In this document: positions 17,125 to 27,329 of the stretch, piece by piece | Layout of the letters: the number at the start of each line of letters is the position of its first letter | Numbering within the stretch: the stretch's first letter is position 1 | Assembly: GCA_964373665.1 (NCBI GenBank) | Contig: CAYJVM010000001.1 | Location: 9,546 to 73,545, forward strand | Origin: an uncultured archaeon | GTDB taxonomy: Archaea > Aenigmatarchaeota > Aenigmatarchaeia > CG10238-14 > SCSR01 | Length of the DNA: 64,000 nt | Reading direction: 5' to 3' | Program-made: the position numbers and the translations under genes | Notes under the pieces: model-generated | The model's database searches: none | Told to the model about the DNA's origin: nothing | Seen by the model: only the letters and a program-made list of their open reading frames with translations

Positions 17125-17814
17125 ATGAAAGCTGTTGGAATTATAGGCGGTTTGGGGCCTGAAACAACTTCAGAGTTCTACATGAGCATAATAAAAAGGA
17201 ATTCTGAAAGAAGCAATAGCCATCCAAGGATTCTGGTACACAATGTACCAATGCCGTTCTCTTTAGAGGAAGATATAGTAAAGAATTCTAGAAATGAACA
17301 CAAATTGTTACCTCTACTGCTTGAAGGTTTGAACATACTGCAAGACAAAGTAGACTTTATCGTCATTCCATGCAATACAGCCCACATATTCATCGATGAC
17401 GTGAGAGTGCAATCGAAAATTCCAGTCCTGAGTATAATAGAAGAAGTTGTCGACAGAATTAAAAGTAAAAAAATAGGTCGTGTGGGGATATTGGCGACTT
17501 CAAAGACTATTGAAAGTAAATTATTCGACTCCAAATTGGTCTCAAATAACATCGGTTGCATTACACCAGATGCGAATGATCAAAGAAGGGTATCTGAAAT
17601 AATACATTTACTTCTCAAGGGAGTCAAGTCCAAGGAATTGAAGTCCGGACTAATGGGAATTGTAGACAAACTCAAAGATGACGGTGCAGAAGCAATAATT
17701 CTTGGATGCACAGATCTGCAACTTTTGCTGAAGCAGGAGGAATCTCCGATAGAGTTGATCGACACATTGGACGTGCTAGCCGATTCCGTTGTGAAAGGAA
17801 TTAATCCAGAGTGA
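17125..17814 (+). CDS. Aspartate/glutamate racemase family protein (aspartate racemase-like)
   Basis: GIIGGLGPETT, catalytic Cys motifs VIPCNTAH and ILGCTDL. Confidence 0.7.
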   Translation: MKAVGIIGGLGPETTSEFYMSIIKRNSERSNSHPRILVHNVPMPFSLEEDIVKNSRNEHKLLPLLLEGLNILQDKVDFIVIPCNTAHIFIDDVRVQSKIPVLSIIEEVVDRIKSKKIGRVGILATSKTIESKLFDSKLVSNNIGCITPDANDQRRVSEIIHLLLKGVKSKELKSGLMGIVDKLKDDGAEAIILGCTDLQLLLKQEESPIELIDTLDVLADSVVKGINPE

Positions 17815-17820
17815 TTCTAA

Positions 17821-18663
17821 ATGACTCGAGAAACACTTTTAGAATCCCTTCAGAGCGAACCACTTTTAACAGGCTTGACTGTAGGAAGCGATTTGAATGG
17901 CTCAACTGGTAATTATTTTGGAATAGGAATAGGAAATCGGCATGGTTTAACAGAGGATTTGCCTTTTGATGCTTTAGGTATGGTGTTAATTTCAGAATTG
18001 GTAAAAAGAGAGCTTGGATTAAATACCACTAAAGTTATAGTGGCTGATGAACACGCAAAATCGAATGGCTTCAATGAAGCAGATATTGATAGAATAGCCA
18101 AATCGCGCAGAGATTTTCTTGTAAATACATCAGACAGGCTTGGATTTGCTGGATGGAGAGTCGTCTTAGGTTCTGAGACAGCGAAAGACCCTCAATATTT
18201 AGAAGTTGTAGCTGGAATAAAAAAAGGAAACTACTACGAAAGAGCTCAATTAGCAGATATGGAACTTTGCAGAAAATTAGGAAATGGAATAAAAATAGGA
18301 TGGAAACATGGATACATGGAATTTGATGAGAGGCATTTCGATAGTCTTTACAATTCGATTTTTGGAGATGGGACGACTTTCGTTTACATGGAAGCAGGTA
18401 AAGCACTAGACGGGACGCCCCAAGCGCCGTACTTGGTCAATTCAGACAGATCAAGATTATTTCTAAGACAAGATGAGGATTTAGAGCGGATGGTTAGCCA
18501 GATGTCGAGAAGAGTTAGAGCCCATTTCAATAATATAGTCGATTTATACGAGAGAATATTATACGGCGCGATAAAAACAAACGATAGTCAGAATACACCG
18601 GAAAATCTTAGAATGCGATTAAGGGAGACATATGGTGTTATATTTGGGAGTAGATATATCTAA
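17821..18663 (+). CDS. Hypothetical protein (280 aa) between the racemase and tyrS
   Basis: Long ORF with tight spacing (6 nt after the racemase, 25 nt before tyrS); no motif recognised. Confidence 0.5.
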   Translation: MTRETLLESLQSEPLLTGLTVGSDLNGSTGNYFGIGIGNRHGLTEDLPFDALGMVLISELVKRELGLNTTKVIVADEHAKSNGFNEADIDRIAKSRRDFLVNTSDRLGFAGWRVVLGSETAKDPQYLEVVAGIKKGNYYERAQLADMELCRKLGNGIKIGWKHGYMEFDERHFDSLYNSIFGDGTTFVYMEAGKALDGTPQAPYLVNSDRSRLFLRQDEDLERMVSQMSRRVRAHFNNIVDLYERILYGAIKTNDSQNTPENLRMRLRETYGVIFGSRYI

Positions 18664-18688
18664 AAACTTTGAAATAGAATAGGATATT

Positions 18689-19777
18689 ATGGACTTGGAA
18701 TCGCGACTAGAGTTAGTCAAAGGGGTCGGTGAAGAAATAATAACCGAAAATGAACTTAGAGAACTCCTGGCTACTAAATTGCATCCGGTAGCTTACGATG
18801 GGTTTGAGCCTTCGGGTCTGGCACACCTTCCATTCGGAATTTACAGACCACTGCTGTTAAGAGATCTTACCAAGGCTGGGGTGCATTTCAAATTATACGT
18901 CGCCGACTGGTATGGTTGGTTGAACAACAAGATGGGCGGCGACCTGCAAAAAATAAGGAAAGTTGGCGAGTATTTTGTCGAGGTGTGGAAGGCTGGCGGT
19001 GTCGACACAAAAAAAGTCGAGTTTATATGGGCATCAGACGTGATGGCTGACAGAGAATACTGGAAAACGGTAATACACATAGCAAAGAATACAACTCTCA
19101 ACAGGGCGACGAGGATGCTTACTATAATGGGTCGAAAGGAAGGAGAACTGCAGGAAGTGGCACAGTATTTCTATCCTATGATGCAAACCGCGGATATTTT
19201 TGCCCTGAAAGCGGATATATGCCAGCTTGGTTTAGACCAAAAGAGAGCGAATATTTTGGCGAGAGAGGTTGGTCCTAAAATCGGTTTCTGGAAGCCTGTC
19301 GTAGTTTCGCACCACATGCTCATGGGCCTGGAAGGAATTAAGAAACCTGAAGGATTCGAAGAAAACAAAGAACTCGACGTAGAGATTTCATCGAAAATGA
19401 GCAAGTCCAAGCCGCAGACATCGATATTCGTCCACGATTCAATGGAAGAGATAAAAAAGAAAATAAATTCCGCATTTTGCCCGGCTAAAGTCATTGAAGG
19501 CAATCCCGTTCTTGAATATTCAAAGCATCTTGTGTTCAGAAAGTTCAAGTCCATGAAAATAGAGCGGGACAAAAAGTTCGGCGGCGATATAGAATTTGAC
19601 AACTATAATGAATTGGAAAGCATGTTCAGGGAAGGCAAGCTGCATCCGGCTGACTTGAAGAACACAGTTTCAGAGTATCTTGACGACATGATAGAGCCAA
19701 TCAGGACGCATTTCGAGAAGGACAGGAAGGCAAAGAAACTGTACGAGTTCGTGAAGAAGCAGCAGGTCACCAGATAA
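18689..19777 (+). CDS. tyrS: Tyrosyl-tRNA synthetase (archaeal type)
   Basis: AYDGFEPSGLAHL (HIGH region), YPMMQTADIFAL..GLDQKRANILAREV, KMSKSKP (KMSKS). Confidence 0.8.
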   Translation: MDLESRLELVKGVGEEIITENELRELLATKLHPVAYDGFEPSGLAHLPFGIYRPLLLRDLTKAGVHFKLYVADWYGWLNNKMGGDLQKIRKVGEYFVEVWKAGGVDTKKVEFIWASDVMADREYWKTVIHIAKNTTLNRATRMLTIMGRKEGELQEVAQYFYPMMQTADIFALKADICQLGLDQKRANILAREVGPKIGFWKPVVVSHHMLMGLEGIKKPEGFEENKELDVEISSKMSKSKPQTSIFVHDSMEEIKKKINSAFCPAKVIEGNPVLEYSKHLVFRKFKSMKIERDKKFGGDIEFDNYNELESMFREGKLHPADLKNTVSEYLDDMIEPIRTHFEKDRKAKKLYEFVKKQQVTR

Positions 19778-19814
19778 TGCGATGTCTTTTAAAATTTAAC
19801 ATCTAAATCAATGT

Positions 19815-20309
19815 ATGAAATTAGGGTTGTTTCTTGTGGTCCTGGCTGTCCTCATGGCTGGATGCACCAGCGGCGCTGTTGTTGATTTTATGGGAAAGGA
19901 CACGGTGGAGAAAGGGGATCATGTATACGTTGATTATACGGGAAAACTTGAGGATGGTTCTGTCTTCGATACTTCAGAAGGCAGGCAGCCGCTCGACTTT
20001 ACAGCAGGCTCCGGCCAGATGATTAAAGGCTTTGACAGCGCAGTCATAGGAATGAAAATCGGCGAAAAGAAGACGGTCACTATCCAGCCAGAGGACGCCT
20101 ATGGCATGCCGGATCCGGAGAATGTAATAGCTGTGCCTAGGAGCCAAGTGCCAGAAGACGTGAAGGAAGGAGATACTTTGTACGCTAACGGCCAGCCAAT
20201 AAAAGTGATCAAAGTTACGGACACGATGGTGACCATAGACGCCAATCATTTTCTTGCAGGAAAAACGCTGATATTCGACATCACTATAGTGAAGATAGAG
20301 AAGAGCTAA
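19815..20309 (+). CDS. FKBP-type peptidyl-prolyl cis-trans isomerase (SlyD-like), predicted lipoprotein
   Basis: Lipobox LMAGC after a signal peptide; VDYTGKLEDGSVFDTS...IPEDAYG...DANHFLAGKTLIFDI. Confidence 0.7.
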   Translation: MKLGLFLVVLAVLMAGCTSGAVVDFMGKDTVEKGDHVYVDYTGKLEDGSVFDTSEGRQPLDFTAGSGQMIKGFDSAVIGMKIGEKKTVTIQPEDAYGMPDPENVIAVPRSQVPEDVKEGDTLYANGQPIKVIKVTDTMVTIDANHFLAGKTLIFDITIVKIEKS

Positions 20310-20323
20310 CGCACAGCAATGAG

Positions 20324-20617
20324 TTAAAACTTGTGAAAATACACCTTGCCTATTCTCCCGTCATTTACATCAATACCATCCTTTCTCAAAAGCGCAATCT
20401 TCCCCTTCATACGACCTTTTCCTGAATAGTTGCCTATTCGACCATCATACTTCACAACCTTGTAGCACGGGCAGTTGACAGGGTCTTTATTGTATTTCAT
20501 TATCGTTCCAATAGCTCTTGGTGATGTTCTGCAAAATCTGGCCAATTCTTTATAAGAAACGACTTTACCCTTTGGGATCTTCTTCAACAATTCTAAAGCC
20601 GGATGCATGACTATCAT
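20324..20617 (-). CDS. MGMT-family protein (methylated-DNA-protein-cysteine methyltransferase DNA-binding domain, Cys retained)
   Basis: IPKGKVVSYKELARF...NCPCYKVV (PCHR-like) ...GNYSG...ALLRKDG. Confidence 0.6.
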   Translation of the reverse strand: MIVMHPALELLKKIPKGKVVSYKELARFCRTSPRAIGTIMKYNKDPVNCPCYKVVKYDGRIGNYSGKGRMKGKIALLRKDGIDVNDGRIGKVYFHKF

Positions 20618-20662
20618 TTATTCCTACAGCTTAAATCGCATACAAACATTTAATAGTCTGAA

Positions 20663-21010
20663 TTGCCTTTAATCAGATATGTCCGGGTGCATAATGTGTC
20701 CGAAATATTTCTAGTCTTGGGCGCTGCAGCAGCATTGGCTTACTTGGAACATGTTGCGATGAGCAGTGCTCAAGCATACAATGATAGGGAAGCGGAGCGA
20801 ATCATACGAAGACTGGACGCTGAATACATTGCAAATCCAAGTGTTTCGTACGGTGAGCTGGGAGAGGATGCTAAAATCGGTCTACGCGAATTTAACAATC
20901 TGAACGTAGATGGACGCTATACACCAAACGTGCCATTTCACTTGTCTCAGACTATGCAGAGATGGCGTGTAGAGTCCAGAAGACAACCATTTAAGATTTT
21001 GCAACCCTAA
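20663..21010 (+). CDS. Hypothetical protein (possible signal peptide)
   Basis: 115-aa ORF ending 9 nt before serS. Confidence 0.3.
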   Translation: MPLIRYVRVHNVSEIFLVLGAAAALAYLEHVAMSSAQAYNDREAERIIRRLDAEYIANPSVSYGELGEDAKIGLREFNNLNVDGRYTPNVPFHLSQTMQRWRVESRRQPFKILQP

Positions 21011-21018
21011 GAAATAAT

Positions 21019-22302
21019 ATGCTTGACATAAAGCTGTTGAGAGAAAATCCTTCCTTGGTCAAGGCAAACCTTAAAAAACGGAAGGACCCGGAGAAATTAA
21101 AGTTGCTTGACGAGCTGTTGAAGGTTGACGGTGAATGGAGGCAAGTCCAGACACAAACCAACGGTCTGAAGCAGAAAAGAAACCAGCTGAGCATCGAGAT
21201 AGGCAAGTTGAAGAAATCAGGCAAGGCCGCAAAGAAGCAGTTGAGTGAAGCAAAGAAAGTTGACGCTTCCATAACTAAAAACGAGGCAAAGTCAAGCGAA
21301 CTGGAAATAAGGGAAAAGTTCCTATTGATGGCAATACCGAACATGCTTCATGAGAGCGTGCCCTTTGGGAAGGACGAGAATGATAATGTCGAGGTAAGCA
21401 GACATGGGAAAGAGCCTGACTTTAATTTCGAGCCGAAAGGTCATCTGGAAATTTTGCAGAGCCTCGGCTTGATAGATGTGGAGCGCGGCGCAAAGGTTGC
21501 GGGCGAGAGGTTCTATTACATGAAAGGCGATCTGGTATTGCTTGACAAGGCCCTGCAGGGTTTCGCACTCGATGTCCTCAGAAAAAAGGGATTCACAATC
21601 ATCCAACCGCCACTGATGATAAGAAGAAAGCCGTACGAGGGTGTCATAGACCTTTCAGACTTTGAAATGGTCACTTACAAGATAGAGAATGAGGACGCAT
21701 ACATGATAGCGACGAGCGAGCATCCGATAGGAGCGATGTTCATGGACGAGATACTTGACGCGACAAAATTTCCATTGATGTTTGCTGGCATTTCACATTG
21801 CTTTCGAAAAGAAGTCGGTTCCCACAACAAGTACACGAAAGGACTATTTAGAATGCACCATTTCAACAAGGTCGAGCAGTTCGTTTTCAGCACTCCGGAA
21901 CAGTCATGGAAATTGCATGAAGAACTACAGAGGAATTCAGAGATTCTTTTGCAGGCACTAGGCATTCATTATCGCGTCGTTAATGTCTGCACAGGGGACA
22001 TAGGCAACATAGCCGCCAAAAAATACGACACCGAGTTCTGGATGGCTGATGGCCAGTTTAGAGAGATAGGGTCCAATTCCAACTGCACTGACTATCAGGC
22101 AAGAAGGCTAGGCATCCGCTACAGAGAGAGCGAGGGTAAGCCAGTGAAAGGTTTTGTCCACACTCTAAATAATACTGCGCTCGCCACAAGCAGAGTCATG
22201 ATCGCGATTATCGAGCAGTTCCAGCAGAAGGACGGAAGTGTCGTCATACCCAAAGTCCTTAGGCCGTACATGTACGGCATAGACAGCTTGGAAAAGAAGT
22301 AA
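21019..22302 (+). CDS. serS: Seryl-tRNA synthetase
   Basis: N-terminal coiled-coil MLDIKLLRENP...; class II motifs (FRKE, GDIGNIAAKKYD), 427 aa. Confidence 0.85.
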   Translation: MLDIKLLRENPSLVKANLKKRKDPEKLKLLDELLKVDGEWRQVQTQTNGLKQKRNQLSIEIGKLKKSGKAAKKQLSEAKKVDASITKNEAKSSELEIREKFLLMAIPNMLHESVPFGKDENDNVEVSRHGKEPDFNFEPKGHLEILQSLGLIDVERGAKVAGERFYYMKGDLVLLDKALQGFALDVLRKKGFTIIQPPLMIRRKPYEGVIDLSDFEMVTYKIENEDAYMIATSEHPIGAMFMDEILDATKFPLMFAGISHCFRKEVGSHNKYTKGLFRMHHFNKVEQFVFSTPEQSWKLHEELQRNSEILLQALGIHYRVVNVCTGDIGNIAAKKYDTEFWMADGQFREIGSNSNCTDYQARRLGIRYRESEGKPVKGFVHTLNNTALATSRVMIAIIEQFQQKDGSVVIPKVLRPYMYGIDSLEKK

Positions 22303-22552
22303 GTTTATGGACGCCGGACTTTATTTCACAATACTGTCACCAATGGTTTCCAGCATAGCGGTCATTTTCCAGAGCAATGCGGTAAAACTGTTGCATCCTT
22401 TAATTGTTGCAAACTTTGGTACGCTCATAGGTCCATTGACGCTGTTTATCATAATTCTAGTTTCACGCGAGAAGATAGATAGTAAAAAGATAAAAGCAAA
22501 CTCGCTAATTACTTCTTTCATGATAACGCGGGAGCATTTCAGCAAGGAGAAC

Positions 22553-23434
22553 TCAAACAAGGCTCATTAGGACAAAAATAATATCCCCGTATATGAGCGT
22601 AGCCAGCAAAGCCAATGGAAAAGCAGGCGCGAAAGGAACTCCGAGCTTGACATCGACATATCTTTTGCCCGACTTTTTCAACGCCTTTATCTGTTTCTCG
22701 GTGACGCCGACCAGCTTCTTTTCCGACATGAGCATGTCGCCGACCTTGAGTTTTGAGATGGGCACTCTTTCCTTAAAGCCGTATGTCTCTACAGCCTTGG
22801 CCAGTTTCCACAGTAGATAAAGCGTGGATGCTGCGACAATTGGATATATTGAGATTGAAAGGATCTTTCCCATGTCCAAATATCCGTAGATGCTTCCTGC
22901 AAGAATCACACCCGCAAGAACTGAAGACAGCACTATAGCGGCGAATATAGTCGCAATCGATCTCCTCGAATTCCCAATTTCTTTTTTAATGCCATTGATT
23001 ACAAACTTGTTTTTGAGAGTGAACAGCAGTCCGTACACGATGAGGTAAATTGCCCCGATGATGAACATGTTGACCATGTAGCTTATCGGGAACTTGAAGA
23101 ATGTCTGTGCAAAGACATTCGGCACTGACGGCAATAAGAAACCAATTGCTCCAAGAATCAGTCCGTCAGCGCCCCCCCATTGCCCTATGTAATACATGAA
23201 TGCTCCGAATGCAAGGAATGCCAGGCCGAATGCAATGCTGCCCAGCAATGGCTCAATTGTGCCAGTAATGATTGACTGGTATCCATAGAACAAAATCGCA
23301 ATAGCAATCATCGCATACGAAATCTGGTCCGGGACTTCTGTAGTCTTCACGTCCCATATCGCCGCAACACTAGTCCCTATGAATGCTGTTGCCAGCGGGA
23401 TGTAAGCGAAAACCATAATTATAAATAAATTCAT
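22553..23434 (-). CDS. Archaeal prepilin/preflagellin peptidase (A24 family, PibD/FlaK-like)
   Basis: First catalytic-Asp motif IWDVKTTEVPD; second GQWGGADGLILGAIG; polytopic membrane protein. Confidence 0.7.
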   Translation of the reverse strand: MNLFIIMVFAYIPLATAFIGTSVAAIWDVKTTEVPDQISYAMIAIAILFYGYQSIITGTIEPLLGSIAFGLAFLAFGAFMYYIGQWGGADGLILGAIGFLLPSVPNVFAQTFFKFPISYMVNMFIIGAIYLIVYGLLFTLKNKFVINGIKKEIGNSRRSIATIFAAIVLSSVLAGVILAGSIYGYLDMGKILSISIYPIVAASTLYLLWKLAKAVETYGFKERVPISKLKVGDMLMSEKKLVGVTEKQIKALKKSGKRYVDVKLGVPFAPAFPLALLATLIYGDIIFVLMSLV

Positions 23435-23785
23435 CCCATTAAATCTTTAACCGGTTTTATGTCTTTGCACGGAAGAAGGCAGATGAAGATGATGCTCGGA
23501 AGCGCGTCGCCTACAATGCGACTGAAATATAAATATGATTATGATTCTGATGAGGGATTTTTGCTGGTGGGTGTTTCGATAATGGGCAGACATTCGCCCC
23601 TTTCCTTCGAGATATTTCAACGGTATGGAGATCGCATAGAAAGATTGGCTATTATGCGACTAGAATGTTTTGAATCTGACCGCGGACGTAAGCCATGGAA
23701 TTTTATTTGATCCTCAAATCAAAAGTTACTGGGAAGCGGACAGGAAGGATTATTTTCCCGTTTAAGTTGCAACTAGAATAAGCAA

Positions 23786-23944
23786 TCATCCGTATTTCTT
23801 GAATCCTATGCTGGATGCGACTTCCCTGATGCAACGTCTGCAGTAAAACAGTCCATACTTCCTGATGACACCGCGGAAATTCTTGCATCTGCGGCACCTG
23901 CGCGTGCCCTTGCCAAACTTTTTCGGCAGCCTACCCACCCACAT
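23786..23944 (-). CDS. rps14: Ribosomal protein S14 (type Z, Zn-binding)
   Basis: Hand translation: [52 protein letters not shown]. It is under 60 aa, hence missing from the ORF track. It lies downstream of rpl5 as in archaeal spc operons. Confidence 0.8.
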   Translation of the reverse strand: MWVGRLPKKFGKGTRRCRRCKNFRGVIRKYGLFYCRRCIREVASSIGFKKYG

Positions 23945-24089
23945 TTCCAAGAATCTGCAGGACTTCCGGATTCTCCATGTACTCCAATTCTATCAGTTTC
24001 TCAAAGACTCGCGTATAAATTTTCATATAGTTGCCTTCCCACTCTGCCTGTCTGAATATCGAACCGCTGACTTCAAGCGCCATTTCCAT
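23931..24089 (-). CDS. Possible small acidic ORF (53 aa) between rpl5 and rps14
   Basis: [53 protein letters not shown]. It starts 5 nt after the rpl5 stop and overlaps the rps14 start by 14 nt. Confidence 0.25.
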   Translation of the reverse strand: MEMALEVSGSIFRQAEWEGNYMKIYTRVFEKLIELEYMENPEVLQILGNVGG

Positions 24090-24093
24090 CATT

Positions 24094-24609
24094 TCACTCA
24101 ACTTTAACACCTCTCTGCTGCAGCCAATTTATCGTGTCTTCTTTATAAATCTTGTGACTCTTCCCTATTATACTTTTTGACACCTTCCTCCTCTTCACCC
24201 TGTATCCAGGCCTCTCCAGCGTGACCGCAACATCCAGCCCCATCATGCCGATATCAGGAGAATATCTGACGTTTGGCATGTCTATGTACTCCTTGACTCC
24301 AAAGCTGATGTTACCGTCTTTGTCTATCTGCGACGCCTTTACGACATTGTCAACAGACTTGACGACAGAAGAGAACATGTCCTCGGCCTTTTTTCCCCTT
24401 AGCGTGGTCTTGACGCCCAGAGGTCTGCCCTTCGGGACGCCGAATGTCGACCTCTTCTTCGATTTTGTTGCAACAGACTTGTTTGCAGTAAGCATTTCCA
24501 CAAGATTCTTCGCCCTTTCTATTTTCAGCTTGTCGTCGCCGCACCCGATATTCAGGGTCACCTTTTCTATTCTAATGCCCCTCATGGGATTTTCCGCCAT
24601 AAGAATCAA
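24094..24609 (-). CDS. rpl5: Ribosomal protein L5 (uL5)
   Basis: Gene order and sequence (GIRIEKVTLNIGCG...). Confidence 0.85.
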   Translation of the reverse strand: MILMAENPMRGIRIEKVTLNIGCGDDKLKIERAKNLVEMLTANKSVATKSKKRSTFGVPKGRPLGVKTTLRGKKAEDMFSSVVKSVDNVVKASQIDKDGNISFGVKEYIDMPNVRYSPDIGMMGLDVAVTLERPGYRVKRRKVSKSIIGKSHKIYKEDTINWLQQRGVKVE

Positions 24610-25304
24610 CTCATTTTAACCAACGGGCTGTTTTCACCGACAATGAAAATATTATCCTTCGTCAAAGTCTTGATTTGTTCACCTATGCTGCAAACGATCT
24701 TTAGTCCTTCTTTCCGTCCACCCTTTGATATATCATTGACAGTCGCGATTTTTCCTGCGGCCGCACCTTTGAGCACTACTCCAATGTTGCCGCTTTTCAA
24801 AGGCACATGCTTTACAATCTTCACTTTCGGCAGTTCAACCAGCAGCGAATCCCCCATGCTGTAATTTCCATTCTCGACCAGGACATTCCTCCCGTCGTGA
24901 AGGTTCAATTGGGTCTTACCCTTCCTGTTTATAGTCTTGCCAATTATCTTGCACAATTTCATCTTTGCATCGCCGTCGCCTATCTCAACAACCTCCAGCC
25001 CCTTCCTACCCGGCACTATCCTATAGTTTTTCTTCATGGCCGGAAGAGAAAAAACGTCAAACAGTCCCAGCGGATGACTGTACTCCTTCCTTCTAACACC
25101 GTCGACAAATACCTCTCCTCTCCTTATTATCTTCTTTGCCTCGGAAGTGGTTTCAGCAACCTTTAAGATCGAAGTAAGCGCTATCGACATTGGTATCGAA
25201 TTGGCTTTCGGATGCGGGCCGGCTCTAGGCGTGACGACCCACTTGCTTGCTTTCTTCGCCACCTTCCAGAAGGACGGCGCCGACAGTCTTTTCAAATGTG
25301 GCAT
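24606..25304 (-). CDS. rps4e: Ribosomal protein S4e
   Basis: MPHLKRLSAPSFWKV N-terminus. Confidence 0.85.
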   Translation of the reverse strand: MPHLKRLSAPSFWKVAKKASKWVVTPRAGPHPKANSIPMSIALTSILKVAETTSEAKKIIRRGEVFVDGVRRKEYSHPLGLFDVFSLPAMKKNYRIVPGRKGLEVVEIGDGDAKMKLCKIIGKTINRKGKTQLNLHDGRNVLVENGNYSMGDSLLVELPKVKIVKHVPLKSGNIGVVLKGAAAGKIATVNDISKGGRKEGLKIVCSIGEQIKTLTKDNIFIVGENSPLVKMS

Positions 25305-25371
25305 ACTCTCAGAATTTAGTTCAAATGCTTATATAACTTTCCATCAATTCACAAATGAGATATTTTGCCTA

Positions 25372-25770
25372 TCAAGTCGGTGCAGATGACTGAACTTCCA
25401 CCTTGACACCCTTGCGCTCCAAAACCTTCTGCCTTTTCTTATCATCCACGTTCAAGTTTGTTATCTTCAGCTTGCTGGGATGTATGCCAACTTGCGCCTC
25501 TGTACCCACAGTCCTCTTTCTCGTGACACCATCAATATAAACCCGGTATTTTTTGTAATTGACCTTCGCCACCTTCCCCGTCCTTCCCTTGAACTTGCCC
25601 TGCATGATATGCACCTCGTCGCCCTTCCTAAGCGGCATGGCCCTTCTCTTGTATTTTTCCCTCAACTCCTTTGAAAGATGGGATGAAAAAATCTTCCTCT
25701 TTGTGTGCAGAAATGCCTCGTGCATGAATTTTCTCTGCTTGCCGGGCCTCTTTGATTCTGGTCTTTTCAT
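25372..25770 (-). CDS. rpl24: Ribosomal protein L24 (uL24)
   Basis: KOW motif LRKGDEVHIMQGKFKGRTGKV. Confidence 0.8.
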   Translation of the reverse strand: MKRPESKRPGKQRKFMHEAFLHTKRKIFSSHLSKELREKYKRRAMPLRKGDEVHIMQGKFKGRTGKVAKVNYKKYRVYIDGVTRKRTVGTEAQVGIHPSKLKITNLNVDDKKRQKVLERKGVKVEVQSSAPT

Positions 25771-26169
25771 TCACACCACTATCGTCGCTATCTTCCCGAT
25801 TGTCGAAAACCTTTCAACAACTTCCTTCGCAACAGGTCCCTTGATCTCTGTGCCTTTTGGCACCCCATCCTCGTCCGTAAGCACCGCAGCATTGTCCGAA
25901 AAACTGACTCGCATCCCGTCCAATCTTCTGTATTCTTGTCTCTGCCTGATTATGACGGCATTGAACATCTGCTTCCTCATCTTCGGGTCGCCTTGTTTCA
26001 CCGTAATCTTGATCATTGACGCCACGCCCGCGGCGGGCACCCTCTTCCTCTTGCCCTTGTACCCGGATACAGATATCATTCTCAGCATCTTGGCGCCGCT
26101 GTTGTCCGCGCACGTAAGATAACTTCCTACATTAAGTCCCCGTGTAACAGAAGCCTTTACACCTTTCAT
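25771..26169 (-). CDS. rpl14: Ribosomal protein L14 (uL14)
   Basis: [27 protein letters not shown]. Start moved to ATG 26169 (ATGA overlap with the rps17 stop); the track ORF begins further upstream inside rps17. Confidence 0.8.
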   Translation of the reverse strand: MKGVKASVTRGLNVGSYLTCADNSGAKMLRMISVSGYKGKRKRVPAAGVASMIKITVKQGDPKMRKQMFNAVIIRQRQEYRRLDGMRVSFSDNAAVLTDEDGVPKGTEIKGPVAKEVVERFSTIGKIATIVV

Positions 26170-26495
26170 AATTTCACCTTCTCGACGATGACAAAGCTCT
26201 TTGTCTTGCTCAGCGGTCTGCATTCGGCTATCGTGACGGTATCCCCTTCCTTGGCGTCTATGCACGTCGGGTTGTATGCAGTGATCTTCGACGTCCTCCT
26301 TTCATACCTTTCATACTTGGGCAAAAAGTGCACAAAGTCCCTCTTTATGACCGCGGTCTTTTGGGCCTTGGATGAAACGACCTTGCCGCTCAATACACTG
26401 CCCCTTACAGGTATCTTCCCGTGCCACGCGCACTTGGGGTCCGAGCATTCGCTCTTCGGCGGACTGATATCAATGCCAATGTTCCTAGCCTTCAT
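26166..26495 (-). CDS. rps17: Ribosomal protein S17 (uS17)
   Basis: OB-fold r-protein with N-terminal Zn-binding extension (CSDPKC); operon position. Confidence 0.75.
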   Translation of the reverse strand: MKARNIGIDISPPKSECSDPKCAWHGKIPVRGSVLSGKVVSSKAQKTAVIKRDFVHFLPKYERYERRTSKITAYNPTCIDAKEGDTVTIAECRPLSKTKSFVIVEKVKL

Positions 26496-26536
26496 AAATC
26501 CACTCTATTAATTAACAAAAGATATGTTTTTATTGG

Positions 26537-26926
26537 TTATCTTTCTACGTCTGCTTCAACCTTTTCAGCCAGCTCTTGTATCGCAGGAGCAAGTGCTCTT
26601 AAATATGTTCCTATTTGCAGCATATTTGCTCCTTGATTATATTCTAATTTTACATCCTCTACTTCACGAGTTCTACTGCCAGAACTTAGACTACGTCCAT
26701 ACGTCAAATAATTGAATCGAGGATAGTCCCATCTCCTTAGGCGAATAAGCTGGTGTTCTTCCACAACTCCCAAAGCTGTAATTGAGTCTTCAAATAACCA
26801 ATCAACATCTTCGATAGGCTCAGCCAAATATAATCTTAGGAAATACCACTCCCGAGAAGGCCCATTAAAAAAATTAGGAACAAGTTCCTTGCGTTGTAGC
26901 TTATACCCCAATTGTCGCACCGCCAT
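26537..26926 (-). CDS. Uncharacterised acidic protein embedded in the r-protein operon
   Basis: 129-aa ORF packed 4 nt after the rnp1 stop and 41 nt before the rps17 start; no r-protein signature. Confidence 0.45.
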   Translation of the reverse strand: MAVRQLGYKLQRKELVPNFFNGPSREWYFLRLYLAEPIEDVDWLFEDSITALGVVEEHQLIRLRRWDYPRFNYLTYGRSLSSGSRTREVEDVKLEYNQGANMLQIGTYLRALAPAIQELAEKVEADVER

Positions 26927-26930
26927 GATA

Positions 26931-27212
26931 TTACCATTTAGGGAACTTTTTCTTAATCCTATCTTCAGACCTAGCTATAATAAGCTTTCCATCAATCTGG
27001 ACCCTTCTCTTGTCCGGAAGGGTGAAGACAAAGACGCAGTTTCCTTTCATCACAGTTTTTTCCTTATCCCCATCATCGATTTTAAGAGTATTGTAAGTTT
27101 CATCAATCACAGTTCCTCTCACCCCTTTCTGTGTTGGGTCGGTCGAGTTCTCCACCTTAATCTTTAATCCTATAAGTTCGTGTCTGACAATGTTGTGTGG
27201 TGTTATTGACAT
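26931..27212 (-). CDS. rnp1: RNase P protein component 1 (Rpp29/Pop4)
   Basis: HELIGLKIKV...GTVIDETYNTLKI...; canonical position next to rps17 in archaea. Confidence 0.75.
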   Translation of the reverse strand: MSITPHNIVRHELIGLKIKVENSTDPTQKGVRGTVIDETYNTLKIDDGDKEKTVMKGNCVFVFTLPDKRRVQIDGKLIIARSEDRIKKKFPKW

Positions 27213-27329
27213 TAAACCATAATTGTGAGTTGAATAAATTATCTGTTAGGAACTGTGCAGTTAATGCAAGGCTCGACCTCCAAGTTCAAGAAAATATAAT
27301 TGCGACTATTACTGGGAGGCATGGTAAGC

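Noticed and set aside
22307-22570. 87-aa plus-strand ORF between serS and the prepilin peptidase gene
   Set aside because: It overlaps the 3' end of the convergent peptidase gene and has no recognisable features; probably non-coding.
24221-26122. Plus-strand ORFs (73-187 aa) across rpl5, rps4e, rpl24 and rpl14
   Set aside because: They are antisense to the minus-strand ribosomal protein genes, which match known families.
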